A stretch of DNA of 64,000 nucleotides from a virus (Duplodnaviria; Caudoviricetes). The notes beneath the pieces are model-generated. The model worked only from the letters and a program-made list of their open reading frames with translations, was not told where the DNA came from and did no database searches. Location: the IMG/VR virus record IMGVR_UViG_3300014969_000019, positions 3,145-67,144 of that record. One strand, 5' to 3'. A program made the position numbers and the translations under genes. Positions 19,817-27,655 of the stretch are shown here, piece by piece; position 1 is the stretch's first letter, and each line of letters begins with the position of its first letter.

Positions 19817-20031
19817 GCACCTCCGCCTTCGGAGTCGACCACGGCGAGATCTCCAAGGCGAGCCGCGCGCAGGTAGTCAACGTTGGCGAACTGTTGGGGA
19901 AGCCTAGTAGGGCTGAGCGTCTTCGGCTGCTGGGGCCGCAGAAGACCAAGAACAAGCGCAGAACTGCCATGGGTCTCGCTGCTGGCGCTGGCGGTGTGGG
20001 CGGTTACGCCGCAGGAAAGAGTAAGCGATGA
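19813..20031 (+). CDS. Small basic SAFG-tag protein (member 2)
   Basis: MSTSAFGVDHGEISKA...GLAAGAGGVGGYAAGKSKR; ATGA overlap with the protease stop. Confidence 0.8.
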   Translation: MSTSAFGVDHGEISKASRAQVVNVGELLGKPSRAERLRLLGPQKTKNKRRTAMGLAAGAGGVGGYAAGKSKR

Positions 20032-21386
20032 GCCTGAGTGCCTTCGGGATCGACCATGGCGACATCTACAAGGCCGAGGACCCGAACCGGAAGAAGAAGC
20101 AGGCCGCTGCCGCTGCTGGTGGCACTGCTGCGGTCGGCGGAGTCGGGTTGGCCGCGACCAAGATCCCTGAGCACTCTCACTACGACAAGAAGACTCGGAA
20201 GTACCTGCACTCGCTCCCCGCGGGCGAGCACGAGGTGCCTACCGCGATGCTGGGGAAGCGTCCTCGGAAGCTCGGGGCCAGGAAGCAGCAGGCCCCGTAC
20301 GTGGCCGCGATGGCGCAGGAGCGTCCGCTGGAGTCCTTCCACGCCTCGCCGGTTCCGATCACCAGGTACAAGGGCAAGGGCCACCCCACCATCCAGCGGG
20401 ACAACGCGCACACGGTGATGGCCAACGCGATGAAGGGCCGTACGACCAGGATCAAGATCGAGGACGCTCCCGGCTACCGCCCGAACCGGCGCACTGCTGA
20501 CGAGCTGGTCCGTCGTGGCCAGTCGAAGTACCAACAGCGCCGGCTGAGACTGCACACCAACCTCTCGGAGAAGGCGATCGAGGGGATCCGCGGGAAGTAC
20601 ACCGACAAGTCCCGAGCTGCGAACACGGCCAAGCGTCCGCACGGGGTGGTCGAGGAGTCCCTGAAGTACAACCCGAAGAAGTACGGGGTGGGCAGGGCAG
20701 TGGGCCGGGCCAAGAACCTCGCAGCAGTGGTGAAGAGGGATCGCCGGGGGCGAGACACGGCCGCCGGCGTCACCGGGGCGGCTGGGGTAGGCACGCTGGC
20801 ATCTACGCCGGTGCGTCGCTCAGCGGCCAAGGTGGACGTCTCCGGCGGCTCGATGTCGGCCTCTGACGCCAAGAAGGTTGTCTCCCCCGGCTACCGCCCT
20901 GGGAACAAGCGCGCGATCCGGACGATGGCTGCCAACCTCGGTCACCTGGAGAACAAGCCCACCACGGTGGTCAGGTACAAGAGCGGGCATGTGGTCCCCT
21001 TCGACGGGAACCACCGAGCCTCGGCGCGAGTCGCGCGCGGGGACGCGCGAGTCCCAGTGAACGTGATCGAGGGTGGTGAGCGTCCGGCGATCAGTGCTGC
21101 TCGGAACGCCTTCCACGTCGGTCAGCAGAAGGTGCATCGGAACCGGATGGACCGGGACGTGTTCAAGCCCAACGCCAGGATCGGACGGCACGCGGGTGAG
21201 ACCAAGGCCTACCGCTCCATCGCCAACGCCTCCCCACTCAGGTCCGGGAAGCGGGTCGCGGTCGGGTCCACCAAGATCGGATCGGGTCCGACCAAGGCCG
21301 TACTGAGGACCAAGCAGGGTGCGACCCTGGCTGCGGGAGCCGCTCTGCTCGGGACCTCTGCTCACCTCCACCGGAAGAAGAGCTGA
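20028..21386 (+). CDS. SAFG-tag protein (member 3) with ParB/Srx-like unit(s)
   Basis: MSLSAFGIDHGDIYKA; PFDGNHR motif at ~21003; very basic. Confidence 0.8.
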   Translation: MSLSAFGIDHGDIYKAEDPNRKKKQAAAAAGGTAAVGGVGLAATKIPEHSHYDKKTRKYLHSLPAGEHEVPTAMLGKRPRKLGARKQQAPYVAAMAQERPLESFHASPVPITRYKGKGHPTIQRDNAHTVMANAMKGRTTRIKIEDAPGYRPNRRTADELVRRGQSKYQQRRLRLHTNLSEKAIEGIRGKYTDKSRAANTAKRPHGVVEESLKYNPKKYGVGRAVGRAKNLAAVVKRDRRGRDTAAGVTGAAGVGTLASTPVRRSAAKVDVSGGSMSASDAKKVVSPGYRPGNKRAIRTMAANLGHLENKPTTVVRYKSGHVVPFDGNHRASARVARGDARVPVNVIEGGERPAISAARNAFHVGQQKVHRNRMDRDVFKPNARIGRHAGETKAYRSIANASPLRSGKRVAVGSTKIGSGPTKAVLRTKQGATLAAGAALLGTSAHLHRKKS

Positions 21387-22240
21387 TGAAGCCACTCATG
21401 AGCGATGCGGAGATGCGTCGCCGGCAGAAGCTCCAGGGCAAGATCGGGCGGACCACCTCCACCCTGGGTCTGTCCGGCGTGGCGCTGACCGGTGCAGCGA
21501 TCGCGACCAAGAAGAAGCCCGGCTCGCTGAAGGCGATCACCAAGGTGCCGGGTCTGAGCAGAGTGAGTCACGGCGGGCTGAAGAACGCGGCCTTCCACAC
21601 CTCGATCGCTGCCGGTGGTATCGGCGGTGTCGGCGGGTTCAACCAGGCGAGCATCTACTCGGCTGAGTCCAGGAAGCGCAAGGCGGCGGCTGTGGTGAAG
21701 AAGGGGTTCGGCATGGAGATGGGCTACTACGGCGAAGAGGGGAAGCCGCTGACGCACGAGGAGATCGAGGCCGAGATCGAGAAGGCCTGGACGCCCTCTG
21801 CTTCCAACTTCGACTCCGAGCGCAGCCGGCACAAGCGCACCAAGGGCTACGAGGGCGGTGCTCTGGTCGGGGCCGGAGCTGGTGCTGCGTACGCCACTCG
21901 GCACGGAGTGAAGGCCGGCAAGGCCGCCAGCAAGATCAAGTCCAAGGAGATGACGCCAGTCCTGCACCGAGTGAACTCCGCAGGCCAGCCCTACCGGATA
22001 GGGCTCGGGTCTCAGGGGGAGAAGGCCATCTCGACCGGTTCCCTGAAGAAGCTGGGAGGCCACAGCGGGAAGGCTGCGGTGGGTCTGGCCGCAGTGGGTG
22101 GCGCTGCTGCCACACACTCCGCGATCAAGCGGAAGAAGCAGAGTGGATGGCAGTCCTACGCCAAGCGCGATGCCACATCAGCGTTCGGGGTCGATCACAG
22201 CGACAACCCGAATGGACAGCACCGTGAGACTGAGAACTAG
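21386..22240 (+). CDS. Basic Gly/Ala-rich protein with C-terminal SAFGVDH remnant
   Basis: TGATG coupling; several hydrophobic Gly/Ala segments; ends KRDATSAFGVDHSDNPNGQHRETEN. Confidence 0.75.
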   Translation: MKPLMSDAEMRRRQKLQGKIGRTTSTLGLSGVALTGAAIATKKKPGSLKAITKVPGLSRVSHGGLKNAAFHTSIAAGGIGGVGGFNQASIYSAESRKRKAAAVVKKGFGMEMGYYGEEGKPLTHEEIEAEIEKAWTPSASNFDSERSRHKRTKGYEGGALVGAGAGAAYATRHGVKAGKAASKIKSKEMTPVLHRVNSAGQPYRIGLGSQGEKAISTGSLKKLGGHSGKAAVGLAAVGGAAATHSAIKRKKQSGWQSYAKRDATSAFGVDHSDNPNGQHRETEN

Positions 22241-22251
22241 AGGTAGATGAG

Positions 22252-23079
22252 ATGCCACGACCGAAGAACCACCTGACCGACATGGAGATCGACGAGATCT
22301 CCACCGTCGACAAGGCCGCGAACCAGCACTCACGGTTCGTCATCGCGAAGCGGGCTCCCGAGGAGGAAGAGATGCCCAAGCTCTACAACCAGGAGGGCCA
22401 GCCCCTCGACGAGGACCAGCTGGAGTTCGGCGACATCGTGTACGACGACGCAGGCGCTGCCTACGAGTACGTCGAGAACGAGGTCGAGGACGAGCCGGCG
22501 AAGAAGAAGGAAGACGAGGACGAGCCAGTGCCCGAGCTCGCAGGTGTGGGCAAGAGCGCCTTCTTCGAGAAGTCGGCTCCGAAGACCGGCAGCTTCAGCG
22601 CATCGGTGATGGAGGAGCTCTCCAAGGCGTTCTCCGACAACGACCGTGACGCGGTCATCGCCAAGGCGCTCGGCCGGGTCGAGGAGCTGGAGAAGGCACA
22701 GGAGGAGTCGGCCAAGATCGCCAAGTCCGAGCGCGACCTGCGCCTGACTCGTGAGTACATCTCCAAGGCCGCGGAGTACAACCTCCCGATCCCTGCTGAC
22801 GAGCTCGGTCCGGTGCTCTACCGGATGGCCGAGTCCATGAGCTTCGACGACTGCAAGGTGATCGCCAAGGCGCTGGAGACGGCCGGCGACATCATCTTCG
22901 AGGAGACGGGCTACACGGGTGGCGGCGACAACTCCGACGTGTACTCCCAGGTCGAGGCTCACGCCTACGACCAGTTCGGGAAGTCGGAGGGCTTCGACTC
23001 CGTCTCAGCCATCAATACGGTGTTCGACCAGAATCCGGACGCCTACGACGAGTACCTGCGCTCGCAGCAGGCCCGGTAG
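22252..23079 (+). CDS. Scaffolding protein
   Basis: Acidic, helical, between protease cluster and decoration/MCP; N-terminal LTDMEIDEISTVDKAAN. Confidence 0.8.
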   Translation: MPRPKNHLTDMEIDEISTVDKAANQHSRFVIAKRAPEEEEMPKLYNQEGQPLDEDQLEFGDIVYDDAGAAYEYVENEVEDEPAKKKEDEDEPVPELAGVGKSAFFEKSAPKTGSFSASVMEELSKAFSDNDRDAVIAKALGRVEELEKAQEESAKIAKSERDLRLTREYISKAAEYNLPIPADELGPVLYRMAESMSFDDCKVIAKALETAGDIIFEETGYTGGGDNSDVYSQVEAHAYDQFGKSEGFDSVSAINTVFDQNPDAYDEYLRSQQAR

Positions 23080-23094
23080 AGGAGGAAGTAGCTC

Positions 23095-23496
23095 ATGGCC
23101 TACGAAGAGAGCCTCCGGTCGATCACGCTGAACGCGGACTCGTCCCTGGGCATCTACACGGGAGTCCCGGGTCAGCCCGGCTCCCCTGATCCTCACGGAG
23201 GGAAGCAGTACCACTTCGTGAAGGTGACCGGGGTGCACCAGGTCGGCCTCGCGGGCGCGACTGGCGCTGTGGTCGGTGTCCTGCAGAACAAGCCGCAGGG
23301 CACTGGGCAGGCTGCCACGGTCGGGTTCCACGGCGTCTCGAAGGTGGTCAGCGACGTGGCCATCACCGCCGGCGACTCGATCCAGGTGTCTGCCGATGGG
23401 CAGGCCGCCAAGACCGGTGCCGGCCCCGTAGTCGGTATCGCCCTGTCCACCACCGCCAACCCCGGAGAACTCGTCAACGTTCTCCTGACGATCTGA
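23095..23496 (+). CDS. Capsid decoration/cement protein (DUF2190-like)
   Basis: QYHFVKV...VGVLQNKP...AATV...GVSKVV...ITAGD.I.....GQA..T...VVGIAL...A.PGELV pattern directly before MCP. Confidence 0.8.
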   Translation: MAYEESLRSITLNADSSLGIYTGVPGQPGSPDPHGGKQYHFVKVTGVHQVGLAGATGAVVGVLQNKPQGTGQAATVGFHGVSKVVSDVAITAGDSIQVSADGQAAKTGAGPVVGIALSTTANPGELVNVLLTI

Positions 23497-23509
23497 GAGG
23501 AGAGAAGCC

Positions 23510-24508
23510 ATGCCGAACCCCACTCAGAGCGATCTCCACGTCAACGTTCCGCTGACCAACGTCTCTGTGGCCTACATGCAGGACAAGGCCCAGTTCATCG
23601 CCGACAAGGTGTTCCCTCGGGTCCCCGTGCAGAAGCAGAGCGATCTGTACTGGAAGTACTCCAAGTCCGACTGGCGCAGGACGGACGCGCAGAAGCGTGC
23701 GCCCGGCACCGAGACGGCCGGAGTCGGCTGGAAGGTCGACACGGGGCAGTACTTCGCCGAGGTCTGGGGTGTCCACAAGGACATCGACGACCAGGTCCGG
23801 GCGAACGCTGACTCGAACTGGAGGCTCGACTCTGACGCCACCACCTTCGTCACGAACCAGCTCCTGCTGCGCCGTGACCTGGACTGGAACGACAAGTTCT
23901 TCAAGACGGGCCAGTGGGGTACGGACCTCGCCGGCGTGACGGGCACCGTGGGTGCCGGCCAGTTCCTGCAGTGGAGCGACCCGGCCTCGGACCCGATCGT
24001 GCAGTTCGCCGACCTGCAGACTAACTTCGTGGAGCAGTCAGGCCGCAAGGCCAACACGCTGGTCCTCGGTGCTCGGGCGATCACCCAGCTGAAGAACCAC
24101 CCGGACATCATCGACCGGATCAAGTACACCCAGCGTGGTGTCGTGACCACCGACCTGCTCGCGTCGCTGTTCGACGTGGAGCGGATCCTGGTCAGCTACG
24201 CGACGGTGACCGACGTGGCCGAGCTGAACGACGCGAAGGCCCAGGACGCTGCGGCGACCTACCGGTTCATGTCCAACTCCAAGTCGGCGCTGCTGGTCTA
24301 CACCCCCAGCTCGCCGTCGCTGATGACCCCGGCCGGCGGCTACACCTTCACCTGGAACGGGTACCTGGCTGGCAACAGCTACGGGATCCGGATGAAGAAC
24401 TTCCGGATGGAGCCGATCGCTGCGGACCGCATCGAGGGCGAGATGACCTACGACATGCGTGTCGTGGCCAAGGACATGGGCATCTTCCTGTCCGCCGCGG
24501 TGGCGTAA
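23510..24508 (+). CDS. Major capsid protein (HK97 fold)
   Basis: 332 aa; LHVNVPLTNVSVAY...IADKVFPRVPVQKQSD.Y pattern; strong RBS gaggag; followed by a hairpin. Confidence 0.92.
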   Translation: MPNPTQSDLHVNVPLTNVSVAYMQDKAQFIADKVFPRVPVQKQSDLYWKYSKSDWRRTDAQKRAPGTETAGVGWKVDTGQYFAEVWGVHKDIDDQVRANADSNWRLDSDATTFVTNQLLLRRDLDWNDKFFKTGQWGTDLAGVTGTVGAGQFLQWSDPASDPIVQFADLQTNFVEQSGRKANTLVLGARAITQLKNHPDIIDRIKYTQRGVVTTDLLASLFDVERILVSYATVTDVAELNDAKAQDAAATYRFMSNSKSALLVYTPSSPSLMTPAGGYTFTWNGYLAGNSYGIRMKNFRMEPIAADRIEGEMTYDMRVVAKDMGIFLSAAVA

Positions 24509-24520
24509 CCGATCTACTCT

Positions 24521-24556
24521 GAGACGGGCTGTGGGTTCCGGCCCGCGGCCCGTCTC
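24521..24556 (+). terminator. GC-rich hairpin after MCP (attenuator or processing site; no U-tract)
   Basis: gagacgggc (24521-29) pairs with gcccgtctc (24548-56). Confidence 0.5.
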
Positions 24557-24569
24557 TGACGAGGAGCAC

Positions 24570-24791
24570 ATGATGGAGAGTGCGTTCGGGGTAGACCACG
24601 GAGAAATCTCGAAGAAGGGACCGCTCTCGGCTTCGATGACCATCAGGGGTGCCAAGCTGAGCCCTGTGGTCGGACGCGGACTGCCCGGGAAGCGCGCCAA
24701 GGCCATGTCTCCGCTCACCGCTGGTAGTGCTGCAGCCGGGAAGCACCGGCTCGGTGGCGGTACCCACTCATCCGGACTGTTCGCGAGGTAG
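24570..24791 (+). CDS. Small basic SAFG-tag protein (member 5)
   Basis: MMESAFGVDHGEISKK; RBS gaggag 5 nt upstream; in frame with track ORF 24459..24791. Confidence 0.8.
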   Translation: MMESAFGVDHGEISKKGPLSASMTIRGAKLSPVVGRGLPGKRAKAMSPLTAGSAAAGKHRLGGGTHSSGLFAR

Positions 24792-24799
24792 GAGCGCAG

Positions 24800-25336
24800 A
24801 TGCCACAGCTGCTGAAGAACGAGGGGATCTCCTTCGTCGCGGCGAAGAACTTCACCTACGCCGGCGAGGACTTCGTGATGGGCCAGGAGTTCCCGGAGGA
24901 GAAGGCCCGCAACGTCGAGACGCTCATCCGCGCACGGTTCCTGCTCCCGGTGCTCGAAGAGGGCCACCTGCGGCCCCGGCACTGGCACACCCACATCCGT
25001 ACTCGGGAAGAGGCCGAGGAGTACCTGAACCGGGAGCGAGTGCAGCTGAGGATGCCGCACGAGCCGGACTCAGACGAGGTCGTGGACATCCCGGTCCTGA
25101 CCCACCCCGAGGACACCCCAGAGCCGGAGGGCGAGGGTGAGGACGCTCTGGCTCCCACTCAGGAGTCCGAGTCGGCTCCTGAGCCCCCGGAGAGCCTGGA
25201 GGAGACCTACGACCCGGCCGAGCACAACGTGGAGGCGGTCCTGGAGTACATCGCCGAGCATCCCGAGCAGAGGGATGAGGTCCTGGCGATGGAGCGGGCG
25301 AACCGTGGTCGCAAGGGGATCGTGGGGGAGGACTGA
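24800..25336 (+). CDS. Head-tail region protein with acidic linker and C-terminal HeH-like helical motif
   Basis: YDPAEHNVEAVLEYI...RDEVLAMERANRGRKGI; position after MCP. Confidence 0.6.
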   Translation: MPQLLKNEGISFVAAKNFTYAGEDFVMGQEFPEEKARNVETLIRARFLLPVLEEGHLRPRHWHTHIRTREEAEEYLNRERVQLRMPHEPDSDEVVDIPVLTHPEDTPEPEGEGEDALAPTQESESAPEPPESLEETYDPAEHNVEAVLEYIAEHPEQRDEVLAMERANRGRKGIVGED

Positions 25337-25674
25337 TGGAGTCAGCATTCGGCATCGACCACGGCGAAGAGGTCTCCAAGCTGGGCATCGGCGGGTTGGG
25401 GACCAAGATCGGCCAGAAGACCATGAAGATCGGCCAGGGACTGCGCCAGTCTGGGGCCAACAACATGGCCATGGGTCGCAAGGCCGGTGGCGGGTTCGGT
25501 GCCGGCATGCAGGTCGGTGGCGCGAAGCGAGTCCAGGCTGGAGGCCAGTTGCGCAAGCTCGGTCAGGGCATGCAGAAGCGTCCCGGTCTGACCGGCGGTC
25601 TCGCAGTCGGTGGTGGCGCAGCTGGCGTCGGTGCTGCAGGAGGCATGTTCGCGAACCGGCAGCGGCGGTTCTGA
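25336..25674 (+). CDS. SAFG-tag glycine-rich basic protein (member 6)
   Basis: MESAFGIDHGEEVSKL; TGATG coupling on both sides. Confidence 0.8.
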   Translation: MESAFGIDHGEEVSKLGIGGLGTKIGQKTMKIGQGLRQSGANNMAMGRKAGGGFGAGMQVGGAKRVQAGGQLRKLGQGMQKRPGLTGGLAVGGGAAGVGAAGGMFANRQRRF

Positions 25675-25979
25675 TGCAGAGCGCGTTCGGGATCGACCAC
25701 GGCGACGAGATCACCAAGATCCGTCTGCCCAGGCGGCCAGTGAAGACGCCGCCCCCGCGCGCGCCCTCGCGAGCCAGCCAGATCGGCGGGAAACTGAACC
25801 GACTCGGCGAGAAGGACATCTCGATCAAGGAGCTGGGCGGAAGCGCAGGGCGAGGCGTCGGCAACGTCGGCAGCTTCATGCAGCGGCACCCGGGTCTCAC
25901 CGGTACTGCACTGGTGGGAGGAGGCGGCGCGGGAGGCTACAAGGTCATCACTGACAGGCAGAGGAAGAAGGCCCGCTGA
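25674..25979 (+). CDS. SAFG-tag glycine-rich basic protein (member 7)
   Basis: MQSAFGIDHGDEITKI; C-terminus MQRHPGLTGTALVGGG is paralogous to member 6 (MQKRPGLTGGLAVGGG). Confidence 0.8.
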   Translation: MQSAFGIDHGDEITKIRLPRRPVKTPPPRAPSRASQIGGKLNRLGEKDISIKELGGSAGRGVGNVGSFMQRHPGLTGTALVGGGGAGGYKVITDRQRKKAR

Positions 25980-26488
25980 TGACCTACACCTACCTCGGCG
26001 CTGGTACCACCGACAAGGACACCGTCCGGTTCCTGCTCCAGGACACTGACCCGTTCAACGCGAACGAGTGGCAGGTCTCCGATGAGGACATCCAGTGGGC
26101 CTACGACACCTGGTACCCGCTCTACCACTCCCTGCAATATGTCGCGGCGAGCATCGCTGATACCATCGCGGCGCGTTACGCACGCGAGGCGTCCTACAGC
26201 GCCGACGGGGTGTCCGTCAGTCTCGGGCCGGTGGGGGACCAGTACCGAGCGCTGGCGGTGAATCTGCGCCAGCAGTACCAGGCGCAGCTCGTTGGGACGG
26301 TCCCATCTGCGGGTGGGATCGAGCCCAACGAGCCCCTGGAGCCCAACACCAAGGCGTTCGCCTTCGGCAAGGGCATGCACGACAACATGGAGGCCGGCGC
26401 TCAGGACTACGGCGGGGTCTACCCGCCGGACATCCCGCTCACCGGGAACCAGAACGTGCCCGACTACGAGAAGGTCGTCGAGCCGTGA
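25979..26488 (+). CDS. Head-to-tail adaptor
   Basis: DKDTVRFLLQDTD...VSDEDIQW...AASIADTIAARYAR...DGVSVS pattern. Confidence 0.75.
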   Translation: MTYTYLGAGTTDKDTVRFLLQDTDPFNANEWQVSDEDIQWAYDTWYPLYHSLQYVAASIADTIAARYAREASYSADGVSVSLGPVGDQYRALAVNLRQQYQAQLVGTVPSAGGIEPNEPLEPNTKAFAFGKGMHDNMEAGAQDYGGVYPPDIPLTGNQNVPDYEKVVEP

Positions 26489-26772
26489 GGTCCGCCTTCG
26501 GGGTGGAGCACTTCGCCAAGAGCTACACCAAGATGGCCCCGAAGCTGGCTGGGGCCCTGAAGTCGGTCGACCCGGCCAAGGCCACCACGATGGCCGGCAA
26601 GCTCCGTCACCACGCCGGGACCCTGCGCCTGGAGGCCGGTCACGTCGGTCGGACCCAGGGCTCGATGTCGCGCGGGTTCCCTCGGTCGATGGCGCAGCAG
26701 GACCGGAGTGAGTCTCGGCTGCTCACCACCGGAGCGATCAACGCCAACAAGCCGAAGCGGTTCCTGCCATGA
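26485..26772 (+). CDS. SAFG-tag variant protein (member 8)
   Basis: MRSAFGVEHFAKSY; GTGA overlap with the adaptor stop. Confidence 0.75.
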   Translation: MRSAFGVEHFAKSYTKMAPKLAGALKSVDPAKATTMAGKLRHHAGTLRLEAGHVGRTQGSMSRGFPRSMAQQDRSESRLLTTGAINANKPKRFLP

Positions 26773-27197
26773 GCACCACTCCCACGAGCTCACCGATCAG
26801 CGCCTACTCCCGCCAGTGGGTCCGGAACCGGGCCACCGCGGTGATGGAGTACACCTGTCGGATCGAGCGGTCAGGGGTCCCGGAGGGGTACGACGAGGAC
26901 ACCCTGATCTACACCGCCGAGGGGGTGGCCACGGTCATCTACGAAGGAACCTGCCGGATCTGGGAGGTGGCCAACGCCTCCTCGGTGGTGGTGGGGGACA
27001 CCGACGTCTACCAGATGACGACCAACCTCTCGATCCCCTGGGACACACCGGAGGAGATCAAGCGCTACGACGTGGTGACCATCCTGACCTCGCACACCGA
27101 TGACCAGATGGTCGGGAAGCGGTACGAGATCCAGACCGTCGCCAAGGCCGGGGAGCTGCGCGCCACTCGTCGCTTCGAGGTCACCGGGCTCATGTGA
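26769..27197 (+). CDS. Head-to-tail stopper (DUF6093-like)
   Basis: MEYTCRIER...VIYEGTCRI...LSIPWD pattern; synteny. Confidence 0.65.
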   Translation: MSTTPTSSPISAYSRQWVRNRATAVMEYTCRIERSGVPEGYDEDTLIYTAEGVATVIYEGTCRIWEVANASSVVVGDTDVYQMTTNLSIPWDTPEEIKRYDVVTILTSHTDDQMVGKRYEIQTVAKAGELRATRRFEVTGLM

Positions 27198-27655
27198 TGG
27201 GCGCGGTCGGACAGGCGGACATCTCCCGGCTGGCGGATGCTCTTCGCCAGACCGCGGACCAGTCCCAGATCACCACTCAGCAGGTCCTGATCGGGGCCTC
27301 CAACCAGATCCTGGCGGAGATGGAGTCGCGGGTCCCCGTCGACACCGGGAAGCTGCGGACCTCGCTGCGGATCAAGGTCGATCCCGATCGGGTCACGATC
27401 GGTCCGGACGAGAACATCGCCCCCTACGGCGGCTACGTGGAGTTCGGCACGAAGGCGCACACGATCCGTCCGAAGAAGCCGGACGGCGTCCTGGTGTTCA
27501 AGATGAACGGGAAGACGGTCTACACCAAGAAGGTCCATCACCCTGGCACCAAGGCCCAGCCGTACGTCCGCCCTGCGTTTGAGGCATGGGTGGACTCGCT
27601 TGGGACGATGGCAGCAGAAGCGAACATCAAGGTGATGAAGGACGGTGCGAGGTAG
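27194..27655 (+). CDS. HK97 gp10-family tail-head connector
   Basis: PVDTGKLRTSL...YGGYVEFGT...HPGTKAQPYVRPA signature. Confidence 0.88.
   Translation: MMGAVGQADISRLADALRQTADQSQITTQQVLIGASNQILAEMESRVPVDTGKLRTSLRIKVDPDRVTIGPDENIAPYGGYVEFGTKAHTIRPKKPDGVLVFKMNGKTVYTKKVHHPGTKAQPYVRPAFEAWVDSLGTMAAEANIKVMKDGAR

Noticed and set aside
395-24602. SAFG tag DNA as a mobile-element end or recombination site (395 and 24573 copies are nearly identical in DNA)
   Set aside because: The other seven copies differ at synonymous positions while keeping the peptide; no inverted repeats, target duplications or recombinase were seen. Protein-level selection fits better, although recombination through the tag DNA is not excluded.
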